The notes under the pieces: generated by a model
The model's database searches: none
Seen by the model: only the letters and a program-made list of their open reading frames with translations
What the model was told of the DNA's origin: nothing
Translations under genes and position numbers: made by a program
In this document: in pieces, positions 23,908 to 36,131 of the stretch
Position numbering within the stretch: the stretch's first letter is position 1
Layout of the letters: each line of letters starts with the position of its first letter
Source of the DNA: an uncultured cyanobacterium
GTDB taxonomy: Bacteria > Cyanobacteriota > Cyanobacteriia > Cyanobacteriales > Microcystaceae
DNA: 64,000 nucleotides
Reading direction: 5' to 3'
Assembly: GCA_963807635.1 (NCBI GenBank)
Contig: CAWEDJ010000041.1
Location: 39,130 to 103,129, forward strand

Positions 23908-24177
23908 TTAAGGGAAATTTTTGTAAAATCCTTCTCGACTCTCTATTTTGAGAATTTCGATAACTTCGCCATCCCAAAAAATTCCAATACGATAGTTGTA
24001 GTCAAATTTAATACGATAATATCCTGAGAAGCCTTTTAGTACTTCAAGATCGGGGATTTCGGATAGTGATTGAGAACTTCCAATTGCTTCAATACATTTT
24101 CTAACTTTTGCGAGAATTTTTTGGTCATTAATTTTATCTAAATCTTTTTTGAAGCGTTTGGCAATCTGATATTTCAT
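23908..24177 (-). CDS. RelE/ParE-family toxin
   Basis: 89 aa basic protein, KRFKKDL, YYRIK..YRIG, REGFYKNFP. Confidence 0.85.
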   Translation of the reverse strand: MKYQIAKRFKKDLDKINDQKILAKVRKCIEAIGSSQSLSEIPDLEVLKGFSGYYRIKFDYNYRIGIFWDGEVIEILKIESREGFYKNFP

Positions 24178-24401
24178 TGAGGTAAACTCTCCAAGAGAGA
24201 TTGAGACTCTAATTCAGATAAAAATCCTTCTTTTCGAGAATTATCACAAGCTAAATAAAGGATAAAGTCTTCTAATTCAGAGGAATTATTTTGAAATAAA
24301 AGTTGTAGAAAGCCTTGTCGGATTTCTAGGGGTAAGGTTTGAAAGAGGCTATAGAAACCTCTGCTAGTTAGTAAAGAATCTGTAATTTCTGCTTGACTCA
24401 T
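24174..24401 (-). CDS. putative antitoxin for the RelE toxin
   Basis: 75 aa acidic ORF with AAGGA RBS and ATGA overlap with the toxin start. Confidence 0.6.
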   Translation of the reverse strand: MSQAEITDSLLTSRGFYSLFQTLPLEIRQGFLQLLFQNNSSELEDFILYLACDNSRKEGFLSELESQSLLESLPQ

Positions 24402-24419
24402 GGCTGTTTTTTCCTTTTT

Positions 24420-24548
24420 TAGACAGTAGAAGGGATGGCGTAATATATCGTCAATTAAGTTAACTATTTTTTTATAGAGTTTTTTATCTTCTATAGCCCA
24501 TTCATTGAATTGTTTAAAGGCTTTCGGATCAAATACTATATTTTTCAT
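24420..24548 (-). pseudogene. truncated YoeB/Txe toxin (about 41 aa)
   Basis: MKNIVFDPKAFKQFNEW..DKKLYKKIVNLIDDILRHPF, then similarity stops before GIGKPE. Confidence 0.75.
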
Positions 24549-24783
24549 GCCATTCTTTTGCAGTAATCGTCACTAGGTTTTCTTTATTTTCTATTCTTTC
24601 AATGGCTTCGGATAATTCGCGCTGATTAGCTTCTGTTGAAAGAAGATATTCGGTTGTGTCGGGTTCAGTATCAGATACTAAAATAATAATATCTACATCT
24701 GTACCTTCTTCTAGTTCCGTAGAATGAAGCTCTATTTTTCCTTCTCTACCAACAATTCCTTTCTGTTTAATGGCTCTAATCAC
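24529..24783 (-). CDS. YefM-like antitoxin
   Basis: DTTEYLLSTEANQRELSEAI motif; overlaps the yoeB fragment start. Confidence 0.7.
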   Translation of the reverse strand: MIRAIKQKGIVGREGKIELHSTELEEGTDVDIIILVSDTEPDTTEYLLSTEANQRELSEAIERIENKENLVTITAKEWHEKYSI

Positions 24784-24860
24784 GATTTTTCTCCTAAGAT
24801 GTCAAGCGATTACGGCTATTATATCAAAACCAGGATGAGTTAAAACTGATGACAATAAAA

Positions 24861-24903
24861 GCGATCGCGTTCTTCAACATTAATCAACAAGATGATGGCG
24901 ATC
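24861..24903. repeat. 43-bp HIP1-bounded direct repeat, copy 2
   Basis: GCGATCGCGTTCTTCAACATTAATCAACAAGATGATGGCGATC. Confidence 0.75.
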
Positions 24904-24907
24904 GCAC

Positions 24908-26014
24908 TTATGGAAATTCATCCACGTTTTTTATCACCCGTGAACTGGGTAAATAGAGAACCCTTGGAACTTCAGAATTAAGTTTTTTCAACGGTAATGG
25001 TTGCCCAAGAGTTAAATTACATTTGCTTAAATAAAGAATTAATTCTGTGTTTTGCGGATAATAAGAATGAATAAAATCTAAAAAATCCTTGAGTTTACAG
25101 GGCTTGTTTTTCCCACCCATATAATGATCATGAAATTGATCATGAATACTCTGCTTAATCGTAATTAGATTAGTAGCATCATCTGCGAGATGGGGATATT
25201 CATTTTGGGAGTATAAGTGGTGAACTGCTAATTTAAAATCAGCAGAGGGAACTTGCTTTTCTCTAGTAACTAAGCACGTTTTCTTATCACGTTTCTCTCT
25301 TACCCATTGTTTAACTTTTTGTATATCTTTTTCTCTTTTTTCAATTTCATTTTTAATTTTATTAATCTGATCTTCAATGACTTCACCAACATCATTACAC
25401 CAAGATTTACGAGGTTCTAATATAAGAGACGTTGAAAATTGTTCAGCAAGTTTTTGCATCCCACGTAAAGAGTAATATCTTCTTTTAGAATTATCTATAT
25501 CTTCATAATAGTCTTCATCTTTTCTTAGTACTACTGGAGAAGCACCTAAAATGTCAGATATAGTCAGTTTTCTGTGCATTTCATCTAAATAATCAGGACG
25601 AGTCTCAAAGATTCTTGCGACTTCTAATCGAGACAACCAAAACTTATCCTGACGGCGGACTAAAGATGACGAGCTATGTGTAATTCTTTCACGAACACAA
25701 TATTTTTTTATATCTCGCTTTAATCCTTTAATCCATTCCTTGATATTTGCAAAAATTCTAGCGATAAGTCCTTTGTCTTTATAGTATTCTTTTTGGAGAT
25801 AGTCAATAATTGCATAAGCTCCAATTTCTGTATATTCGCGTAAGCCTGTCTTCTTAACAACTAATTTGTAATGTTTTCCTTCTGTCAGTTTCCAATTATT
25901 TGATGGGTCACTTTTCATTTTATTTTCAATATCGTGAAAATCTTCAGGAGAAATCTCTAATCTCTTAGATAGCTCCTGAACTGTTAGATGAATTTTAACT
26001 TTTTTGTAAGGCAT
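24908..26014 (-). CDS. HNH-type nuclease with two ORF6N/KilA-N-like N-terminal repeats
   Basis: EGKHY...YTEIGAY and KDEDYY...YSLRGM repeats; RDKKTC..VHHL..NLITI..IHDQFH HNH core. Confidence 0.65.
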   Translation of the reverse strand: MPYKKVKIHLTVQELSKRLEISPEDFHDIENKMKSDPSNNWKLTEGKHYKLVVKKTGLREYTEIGAYAIIDYLQKEYYKDKGLIARIFANIKEWIKGLKRDIKKYCVRERITHSSSSLVRRQDKFWLSRLEVARIFETRPDYLDEMHRKLTISDILGASPVVLRKDEDYYEDIDNSKRRYYSLRGMQKLAEQFSTSLILEPRKSWCNDVGEVIEDQINKIKNEIEKREKDIQKVKQWVREKRDKKTCLVTREKQVPSADFKLAVHHLYSQNEYPHLADDATNLITIKQSIHDQFHDHYMGGKNKPCKLKDFLDFIHSYYPQNTELILYLSKCNLTLGQPLPLKKLNSEVPRVLYLPSSRVIKNVDEFP

Positions 26015-26030
26015 AGTAGTTAATCCTTAT

Positions 26031-26876
26031 TTAAATAAAATCAATGACACTTTCATATAGAATTTGTAGCCTATGAAAAATTTCTTTATCACCTGTTTCT
26101 GAATTGTCTGGATAATAAATTTTTGCTAAATTTTTGTAAGCAGATTTTACTTGTTCTTTTGTTGCAGTTTGGGGATTTAAGCAAAAAATTCTCCAAGGCA
26201 AATTATACTTAAAAATATTATTTCCATTAATACATCCGTAGCCTAATTCGTACCGTTCATGAGGTAAAATCCCAATTGTGTTTCTGTAGATATTCTCTAA
26301 AGATTCAATTTGGCAAAAATTGATGTTTTTTATTCCACTAGTGGCCATTTTAAATGAACTTAATTGCATGAGAGCGTCTTTATCTTTAACTCCAAAATGT
26401 TGATATATTGCTGCTTTTAATTCATCACGATTTAATTTTCGGTCAGGGCCTTCAATTATAAACTGAGCAAAATAGTTCAAAACTTCTTCGTGATATTTTT
26501 TTTCGTTAGCGATTTTTTCAATTTCTGATTTTATATAATCGTATGTTTTTTGTTTAACCTGTTTTTCATTCACAAAGTTAGCAAAATCTCTCAATATACT
26601 TTCTTCATAATCATACATTTTTGCTAGTCTTTGAATTTCTAAATTAATTTTTTCCTTAGCATTAATTTCTTTCTTTAGCTTAGTTACTTGACCTTTCTGA
26701 GTAGCTTGCTCACGTTGTCTTTTTTGTAATTCTTTTCCTGCAAAATAAAGAAGTTTAAGTAAAATTTCATTTTCTGAATAATCGTTTAAAATCAAGCCTT
26801 GTACTGCTTTTTCGGCATCGGCTGTCGTCCAATTATATTGTTTCGCTATTTCTATTATTTTTTGCTTAGTTACCAT
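26031..26876 (-). CDS. coiled-coil protein with C-terminal J-like domain (HPD changed to YPD)
   Basis: PWRIFCL..ATKEQVKSAYKNLAKIYYPDN..GDKEIF. Confidence 0.7.
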   Translation of the reverse strand: MVTKQKIIEIAKQYNWTTADAEKAVQGLILNDYSENEILLKLLYFAGKELQKRQREQATQKGQVTKLKKEINAKEKINLEIQRLAKMYDYEESILRDFANFVNEKQVKQKTYDYIKSEIEKIANEKKYHEEVLNYFAQFIIEGPDRKLNRDELKAAIYQHFGVKDKDALMQLSSFKMATSGIKNINFCQIESLENIYRNTIGILPHERYELGYGCINGNNIFKYNLPWRIFCLNPQTATKEQVKSAYKNLAKIYYPDNSETGDKEIFHRLQILYESVIDFI

Positions 26877-27117
26877 AGTTTTTACCTAGTGTAATATCTG
26901 TAGAGTAAGCTAGTGCGATCACTAATTTTGTCAGATGTTGAGTTATTGTGTTTCGACTAAAGTTTGATCACTGGTATTTTAGGAACATGATAACCGTATT
27001 TTTGGCTAATTGTCGAGTTACCGCGATCGCTTTCTCTGATAAAGTGCGATCGCGTTTTTCAATTTTGTGAAAAAGACTCAATAAGTGTTTTCTCTTACAA
27101 AATCTCTGAATGAGATT

Positions 27118-28209
27118 TTAATTCAAGGTTTTACATTGTCCTTGAAAACGCAATAAATGGTCACACAAAACGATCGCCACCATCGCCTCTACCATTGGCA
27201 CCGCGCGGGGTAGAACACAGGGATCATGACGACCTTTCGCCGCAAGGGTGGTTTCTTCTCCTGCATTACTCACCGTATTTTGTTCCTTCCCGATAGTTGC
27301 CGTTGGTTTAAAAGCCGCTCGAATAATGATATTTTCACCATTACTAATGCCCCCTTGAACACCGCCTGAACGGTTCGTTCGAGTCCGCAATTTACCCGTT
27401 TCATCTAAATAAAATTCATCATTGTGTTCACTGCCTGTTAATAACGTTCCCCCAAAACCAGAGCCAATTTCAAAACCTTTACTCGCAGGGAGAGACATCA
27501 CTGCCTTGGCTAATTCGGCCTCTAACTTATCGAAAACAGGTTCCCCCAATCCCATTGGCACATTTCTCGCGACGCATTCCACCACACCGCCAATGGAGTC
27601 TTTATTCCGTCGAATTTGATCAATGAGATCAATCATTTTTTCGGCACAATCGGCATCAGGACAACGCACAATATTACTTTCAACCTGTTCTAAAGTGACA
27701 GTATTCGGGTCAACCATGCCTTCTAAATTCTGAATGCGTTTGACATAGCCAATAATTTCGACTCCAGCTACTTGATAAAGGATTTTTTTGGCGATCGCAC
27801 CTGCGGCGACCCGACCAATGGTTTCCCTCGCAGAAGAACGACCGCCCCCTTTCCAATTGCGGATTCCGTATTTGGCATCGTAGGTTGCGTCTGCGTGAGA
27901 AGGACGATATTTCACCGCCATTTCATCGTAATCCTGGGAACGGGCATCCTGATTTCTGACTAAAATCGCGATCGGAGTCCCCAGGGTTTTTCCTTCAAAA
28001 ACTCCCGATAAAATTTCGCAAGTATCACTTTCTTTGCGTGGCGTGGTGATTTTGCTTTGTCCAGGACGGCGACGGTCTAAATCGACTTGTATTTCAGCTT
28101 CAGAGATTTCCAAACGGGGCGGACACCCATCAATGATGACCCCGACACCTCCACCGTGAGATTCTCCAAAGGTTGTAATCCGAAATAAATGGCCAAAGGT
28201 GTTTCCCAT
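27118..28209 (-). CDS. aroC: chorismate synthase
   Basis: TFGESHG, RPSHAD, RSSARET, GRHDPCV. Confidence 0.98.
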   Translation of the reverse strand: MGNTFGHLFRITTFGESHGGGVGVIIDGCPPRLEISEAEIQVDLDRRRPGQSKITTPRKESDTCEILSGVFEGKTLGTPIAILVRNQDARSQDYDEMAVKYRPSHADATYDAKYGIRNWKGGGRSSARETIGRVAAGAIAKKILYQVAGVEIIGYVKRIQNLEGMVDPNTVTLEQVESNIVRCPDADCAEKMIDLIDQIRRNKDSIGGVVECVARNVPMGLGEPVFDKLEAELAKAVMSLPASKGFEIGSGFGGTLLTGSEHNDEFYLDETGKLRTRTNRSGGVQGGISNGENIIIRAAFKPTATIGKEQNTVSNAGEETTLAAKGRHDPCVLPRAVPMVEAMVAIVLCDHLLRFQGQCKTLN

Positions 28210-28338
28210 AACGATAAATTGCTAGTTTCCTGTCAAGCTGCTTATTTTATCCTAAACCTGAATGGGGTTTTTATCTTTAAAAACGGCGATCGCTCGTGAA
28301 AAGTAACACAGAGTTTTAGAATGATTACTTGATTCTAA

Positions 28339-29099
<761 letters not shown>

Positions 29100-29100
<1 letters not shown>

Positions 29101-30469
29101 TGAATCAATCTGATGCTCAACAACGACGACTGGATGTTTCGCAAAGATTTCGTCATGCCATCGAAAAGCTAGATATTCCTGTTCTCTGGTGGTCTGCTTG
29201 GGTGGGGATACTGACTGGCTTGATTGGGGGCATTTTTCAACAATTCATTAACAAAATCGTCCTTCAACGGGAACTCTTGGCCCAATCTCTCCAAATTTAT
29301 CCCTGGCTTTATTGGACAATTCCCAGCTTCTTGACGGCGGCAATGGTGACAGCCAGTTTTTGGTTAATGCGAAAATTTGCCCCTGAAACCAGTGGTGGAG
29401 GTATTTCCCAAATCGAAGGATATTGTGATGGACTACTACCTTTGAATTGGAAACGGGTTTTACCGATCAAGTTTTTCGGAGGAATTTTATCCCTTGGTGC
29501 GGGAATGGTCGGGGGCTTTGAAGGGCCAACGATTCAGCTTGGAGGCAGCATCGGGCAGATGGTCGGACAATGGTTTCGGGCAAACCAAGAACAGGTGCGT
29601 ATTCTTGTTGCCGCAGGAGCAGGCGCGGGATTAACAACGGCTTTTAATGCACCCTTAGCGGGAATTATCTTTGTTTCTGAGGAAATGAACCCCTCTTTTA
29701 CGGTTTGGCCGTTGGCCTATCGTTCCGTCATGATTGCGAGTACCTTTGCCACGATGGTTGCAGGTCTCTTACGGGGTCAGGGAGCGGCCATTAACCTGAC
29801 CAAATTTGAGCCAGTTCCGTTGCAATCCTTGGGATTTTTCGTTTTGTTAGGAATTTTCTTTGGGGTCATGGGTTATTTATTCAACCGCTTGTTTTTTCAG
29901 TGTCTAGATTGGTTTGCTCGTTTACGCGGCCCTGCTAATCGCTTGATTGGGTTATGGGTGGGCATTATTATCGGGCTTTTAACGTTGGCTCCGATTCCGA
30001 TCACAGGGACGGGGGATAATGCGATTTTATGGGCTTTTAATAGTGATTCTCCCCTTTATCTCTTGATTTTCGTTTTTGTTGCTCGTTTCGGATTAACGCT
30101 CTTTTGTTGTGGGACAGGCGCGATCGGGGGAATATTTCAACCGATGTTGGCGATCGCAACGGTCGCGAGTTTGGGGTTTGCGAGGGAAATTCACTATTTT
30201 TTTCCAGAGCATCTACCAGAGCCTTCGGTAATGGCTATCGCGGGTATGGGAGCCTTAGTCGCCGCGACAGTGAGGCCCCCTTAACGGCTATTTTGTTAAC
30301 CATTGAAATGAGTAATAATTATTTAGTCATTTTGCCTTTATTAATCACTTGTTTAGTCGCGACAATGGTGGCTCATCTCTTAGGAGGAGAACCCCTTTAT
30401 AGTGTTTTACTCAAAAGATTATGTGACAAACAAGCAGGGGAGGTACCGACAGATTCTATCAAAACCTAA
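29100..30469 (+). CDS. clcA: ClC-family H+/Cl- transporter; frameshift near 30275
   Basis: SGGGIS, GFEGPT, AFNAPLAG, GGIFQP motifs; tail continues in the 30104-30469 frame. Confidence 0.85.
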
Positions 30470-30486
30470 AAATATTGATTATTATG

Positions 30487-30570
30487 GCAGTATTCATACA
30501 AGTGAGGTATGACAAAAGCTTAATTAACAAGGGGCTTAAGCCCCTTGCCTATACCTCATACGACTGCATA
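30487..30570. repeat. short palindromic intergenic element
   Basis: perfect CAAGGGGCTTAAGCCCCTTG palindrome (30528-30547) inside TGAGGTAT...ATACCTCA inverted repeats. Confidence 0.6.
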
Positions 30571-30582
30571 TTCTATGTTTCA

Positions 30583-32370
30583 TTACAATAAAGCTTGACA
30601 GTGATATAACTGATAATCATAACCATTAACCCCAGGGAATGATTGTTGATCTATAGAACAATTGGGTAGATCAATTTTGGAATGGAAATTCACTGTCCAC
30701 ACATCGATATTTTGCTTTTGTTTTTGTATAATAGTTTTTAATTTTTCAGTCGTTTCTGGAGAATTTTCTTGGGTTTGATGGATTAATAAAAAGTCTGGTT
30801 TTGAACTTTTCGCGATCGCGTCATTCTGTCCTAATTCCCAAGCAAGACCCATCATTTCTCCTGTTTGAACCAGACTTTGTTGGGTAGTTGCGATTAGGCT
30901 GGGAACGTTAGAATTAGCCTGTAAAATATCCAAAAATTGGGTCGGATTATAATATTTTCGATAACCTAAATTATGGGCAATACTAAGACTACTCAAAATT
31001 CCCATTAAACCAACTACACAAACAATGACTTTTCCATTATGTTTAACCATGTATAAAATGTTCTTTAGGGAAAAGTCAACATTAAATTTTGCTTCTTTTC
31101 GTTCCCAGCAAACAGATAAAACAATGGTTAATAAAAATGTGATGACAGGTAAATAAACAAAGCTATATCTTGCGCCACGAGTAATATCTTTTCCGCCAAA
31201 ATAGGTGATTCCCAAATAAAGCATCACTAAGCTCATAAAACAATAAACTAACATCCGAGTTTCTAGGGAAAATTTCTCTATTTTCCAGCTTTGCAGTAAT
31301 CCCCATTTAATCAGAGGAAGATACCAAATTAAGTAGATCAACATACCCAATCCCGATAAAACCGCGATCGCCAAATTAGGAGATTCAATGGGCAATAAAC
31401 ATAACATCGTCACCCAAGCGGCGGCTAACTGGAAAATGGGGCTAATTAATCCAAGAATATTACTATTATCTTGCCGAATCCATTAAGTCATGCCATTGCC
31501 ATATTCACGTTGGGAAATAATGATTAACCAAGTTAAAATCGTCGTTCCTGTGCCAAGAATAACCCATAGCAATGAATACCAATGTTTAAGGGATTTATTG
31601 TTATCATTATCTTTCCCAAGTTGAGAAAGATAGAGAATTCCTAAAGACATTATTTCCGCTAAAAAAGCCAGTCCAAAAAAGAAATGAATAGATAATCCTA
31701 TCCCATTAATGATTATCCAAGCCATAATTAATGACCAGGGCAATTTCTTTCTATTAGCTAAATATTGAGCGGCCTTTAAAAAACAACCTAACGATAAAAT
31801 AACCAATAATACTGCACAGGTGTAATGGCGAGCTTCTTGGGAAATAAAAATACTATAGGGAGAAACGGCAATTAAAAGAGCAGATAAATGGGCAATTAAA
31901 CTAGAACGAAAAATACGTTTTGTGACAAAATAAAAAGCAGGGATAGCGAGAATTCCAAATAAAACAGGTAAGGCTCTTCCTGCCCAGAGATTAACCGTCT
32001 CCCCTGACGAGGAAAATAACTGTAACCAAAGATGTAATAAAACAAAATAAAGGGGGGGATGATTATCTTCATTGAGCAACAAATTAACGACATCGCTAAT
32101 GTTTGCACTAGAATTAATTTGTAGAGGTTGTAGGAGGGTTTCTGATAAAATAATTTGATTAAGGGGAATTGATGTAAAGTTATTTCCTAAACTAAAAACT
32201 AGGGTGGCAAATTCATCTGTCCAGGGAGATTTTGAAGTTAGTTGATGAAACCTTAACAATCCGCCAAGGATTATCCAAAGAGATAGTAAAATAAAGTTTT
32301 TTTTATGGTTTAGCTTTGCTTTATTTTTAATAAAATTTTCCTGGATGGGTAAGGAATCACACTTTGTCAT
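30583..32370 (-). CDS. GT-C fold glycosyltransferase (family 39/PMT-like); in-frame stop at 31483-31485
   Basis: WTDEF, HPPLYF, SQEARHY; two in-frame ORFs split by one TAA. Confidence 0.8.
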
Positions 32371-32713
32371 AATTTATTTTTAATACTTTGAGATTGTCAA
32401 ATAGCCTATTCAATTTCGCCTCTTAATCTAAAAGTTATTCCCCCAAGGGTGAGTGCTAACTTACGGATCAAAAGAACAGATTAATATTAATAGATTTTGG
32501 TTGATGATCATCAAATTTAATGAATTTTGAGGCAGACGGGAGGCGATCGCGTCTTAAAAAAAAGAGTTCCAATGTTGAATATTGATGAATTTGATAGCTT
32601 TATCGTTAAAAAATCCTCAATTTATCGGTAGAGAACTGCTTGAACAGATTTTCTCAGAAAGAACCGCCATAACACTATAAAATAGCAAAATCTCATTTAT
32701 AAAAATCCTAATC

Positions 32714-33999
32714 ATGTTTGCCGATCTCCTCAAAGTCTTCCAAAGTCGCAAAATGTCGGCCTTGATTTTTCTGGGTTTTTCGTCTGGACTGCCTCTTTAT
32801 CTGACCAGTCAAACCCTGCAAGCTTGGATGACGAAGGAGAATATTGATTTGGCGGCGATCGGTTTATTTAGCTTGGTGGGAATCCCCTATTCCTTAAAAT
32901 TTCTCTGGGCTCCTATCCTAGACCGCTTTGTGCCACCTTTTTTGGGGAGAAGACGAGGTTGGTTAGTGATTGCTCAAATAGGGTTATTTTTGGCGATCGC
33001 GGGAATGGGATTACAAGATCCGAGGACAGCGTTGGTCTTGTTGGGGATTAATGCCCTTTTCATTGCCTTTTTCAGTGCGACCCAGGATATTGCGGCAGAT
33101 GCCTATCGGACGGACGTGCTAGAGATTCCAGAAATGGGAGCAGGAGTTGCGATTTTTGTCTTAGGTTATCGTTTGGCTTTGCTAACAACAGGAGCTTTGG
33201 CGTTAATTTTGGCTGATCGCTTTGCCTGCCCCAGGTCTATGGAATTTTGGCATTGTTAATGTCTGTGGGAATTGTCGCTTCGATTCTTGCCCCAGAGCCA
33301 GTTCTGACCAGCCCACCGCCGACTTCCCTGCGTTCTGCGATTATTGATCCCTTTATTGACTACTTTGAGCGAAAAAAACTACTTCCAGGCTTGATGATCC
33401 TCGTTTTCATCGTTCTCTATAAATTGGGAGACGCGATCGCCAATAATATGTCCACCCCATTTCTTTTGCAAACAGGCTTTAGTCAAACTGATATTGGGGC
33501 AATCAAAGGAGGAATGGGACTGATTGCAACTATTATTGGAACGCTTGCGGGCGGGGTTTTCCTGAGTAAATTGGGAATTAACCGTTCCCTCTGGATCTTT
33601 GGTGGATTTCAGGCGATCAGCAACTTGGCTGATTTGGCCTTGGCGAACGTGGGAAAAAATTATCCCTTCATGATTTTGACTATTAATATCGAAAATTTTT
33701 GTGCAGGTTTGGGAACTGCGGCATTTCTCGCATTTTTTATGAGTCTTTGCAATAAGCAATTTTCAGCCACCCAATACGCCCTTCTCTCTAGTTTATATGC
33801 CTTCAGTCAAAACATTTTAATCGCTCCCGCAGGTTTAATTGCTAAACAAACGGGCTGGCCATTATTCTTTTTTCTAAGTTTTCTAATTTCGTTTCCTGGG
33901 CTGGCTCTTTTACCAATTTTTGCCCCTTGGAATGGAGAAAAAGTCTCGCATTCTGTCACAATGAAACGACCTGGTTTGGATGATGAAGATCTAAAATAG
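32714..33999 (+). CDS. ampG: AmpG-family muropeptide MFS transporter; frameshift near 33226
   Basis: GFSSGLP, KFLWAPILD, GRRRGW, ATQDIAADAYR, ATQYALLSSL. Confidence 0.9.
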
Positions 34000-34298
34000 T
34001 GATTACTTGATTCGTTAAGTTTATTTTTATGAAATTAACTGATTTTCGCCGTCGCGATCGCTTCTTAAAATTTTTGATAACCAACATGGACTTTCTTTAT
34101 TTTCAAGACAGAAAGAATCTATGGGAGTCTAGAGCAGAAATTAAGCTAATCATTGTAAATATTTATTGAGAACTTGACCGTCCATAACTCCCAGCATTTA
34201 TACTTATCAGTATTTTCTTCGTGCTATCATGTTAAGAAAAGTATAGTTTTTTATATCCAATTTAATATTCCTTCCGCTTTAACGAACTTAAATAACCA

Positions 34299-36008
34299 GT
34301 GAAACAACAACAACCCCGTCCCTCTGTATCAGGTTTGGATGTCCAAGGCTTTGTTCACTACGACCCAGACGCGATCGCCAGTTATTACCGTCATCGTCCT
34401 TGGCAAGTGATTTCGCGGACAATTCATATTTTTTGGTCTTTTATTACCTTCTTCTTCCATCTCCAGTGGGATAAATGGCAAGACCAGGTTGAAAAAAATA
34501 AATTAAAACGCGCCGCCGAACTGCGAGAAATTCTGACCCGTTTAGGCCCCACCTTTATTAAAGTCGGACAAGCCCTCTCCACGCGCCCCGACCTGATTCG
34601 TAAAGATTTTTTAGTTGAATTAATTAAACTCCAAGACCAACTACCGCCCTTTGATAACGAGTTAGCCTTTAGCATCCTTGAAAAAGAATTAGGCTTAAAA
34701 GTCGATGAAGCCTATCGAGAAATTTCTCCCCATCCCGTCGCCGCCGCCAGTTTAGGTCAAGTCTATCGAGCAGTTCTCCATACGGGGGAAGAAGTGGCAG
34801 TGAAAGTCCAGCGTCCTGGATTACGGTCTGTTTTAAGCCTGGATCTCTATCTCATGCGGTGGGCGGCTCAGAGTTTCGGTCGTTTGTTACCCTTGAATTT
34901 GGGTCACGATTTAACCCTGATTATCGATGAATTTGGCGTTAAATTATTTGAAGAAATTGATTATATCCATGAAGGCCATAATGCCGAAAAATTTGCCGAA
35001 AACTTTCACAATGATCCAGAAGTCAAAGTTCCTGTTATCTATTGGCAATACAGCGATCGCCATGTGTTGACCTTGGAATGGATTAACGGTTTTAAACTCA
35101 CTGATACTGAGAGCATTCGCGCGGCGGGTATTGATCCCAATGAAATCGTTCGGATTGGGGTAACTTCTGGCCTGCGACAACTCTTGGAACATGGATTTTT
35201 CCACGCCGATCCCCACCCTGGAAATTTATTTGCCACTCGCGATGGTCGCATGGCTTATATCGACTTCGGCATGATGGATCAACTGGAAACCGTTACCAAA
35301 GAAACCATTGCCAGTTCCATTGTTCAACTGATTAATCAAGATTACAATGCCCTAGCCGATGACTTTGTGCGCCTAGGTTTTCTTGCCCCTGAAACCAATA
35401 TTCAACCGATTATTCCTGCCTTGGAAAAAGTTTTGGGAGACGCGATCGGGCAGAGTGTTAAAGACTTTAATTTCAAAACTATCACCGATGATTTTTCGGA
35501 ATTGATGTACCAATATCCCTTCCGAGTTCCCGCCAAGTTTGCCTTAATTATTCGTTCCCTCGTTACCCAGGAAGGATTAGCCCTCAGCTTAGATGCTAAT
35601 TTCAAAATTGTGGAAGTCGCTTATCCCTTTGTGGCTAAACGCTTACTGACGGGTGAATCTCCCCAATTACGCCGACAACTGTTAGATGTGTTGTTTAAAG
35701 ATGGTAAATTCCAGTGGCAACGCCTGGAAAATATGATCGCGATCGCCCAATCCGATAATCAGTTTGACCTATTGCCAACGGCCCAACTCGGCATTCAATA
35801 CCTTTTATCTGATGAGGGTCGCTATTTAAGACGACAATTGTTGTTAGCATTGACGGAAGATGATCGTTTACACACTGCCGAAGTTCAACGCTTGTGGGTT
35901 TTAATTAAGGATGAATTTAAGCCCCAGCAGTTATTTACGGTGGCGATGAATGCGGTACGAGATTTTTCTCTGCCTAGTGTAGCGGCTCTCATGACTCAAG
36001 AAAAATAG
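34299..36008 (+). CDS. ABC1/AarF/UbiB-family kinase
   Basis: GPTFIKVGQ, AAASLGQVY, VAVKVQRP, HADPHPGN, DFGM. Confidence 0.95.
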   Translation: MKQQQPRPSVSGLDVQGFVHYDPDAIASYYRHRPWQVISRTIHIFWSFITFFFHLQWDKWQDQVEKNKLKRAAELREILTRLGPTFIKVGQALSTRPDLIRKDFLVELIKLQDQLPPFDNELAFSILEKELGLKVDEAYREISPHPVAAASLGQVYRAVLHTGEEVAVKVQRPGLRSVLSLDLYLMRWAAQSFGRLLPLNLGHDLTLIIDEFGVKLFEEIDYIHEGHNAEKFAENFHNDPEVKVPVIYWQYSDRHVLTLEWINGFKLTDTESIRAAGIDPNEIVRIGVTSGLRQLLEHGFFHADPHPGNLFATRDGRMAYIDFGMMDQLETVTKETIASSIVQLINQDYNALADDFVRLGFLAPETNIQPIIPALEKVLGDAIGQSVKDFNFKTITDDFSELMYQYPFRVPAKFALIIRSLVTQEGLALSLDANFKIVEVAYPFVAKRLLTGESPQLRRQLLDVLFKDGKFQWQRLENMIAIAQSDNQFDLLPTAQLGIQYLLSDEGRYLRRQLLLALTEDDRLHTAEVQRLWVLIKDEFKPQQLFTVAMNAVRDFSLPSVAALMTQEK

Positions 36009-36131
36009 ATTTTTAGACAAATTGAACGGCGATCCCATTTTATCTATGGGAGTCGAACGGCGATCGCGATGAGCCAGCTATTTTTGTTAAAATACTTCTA
36101 TCGAACGCTAACTTTCAATCATTCAAAAACC

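Noticed and set aside
31483..31485. Stop-codon readthrough or recoding in the glycosyltransferase
   Set aside because: A single TAA with no visible recoding signal; base-call error or recent nonsense mutation is likelier
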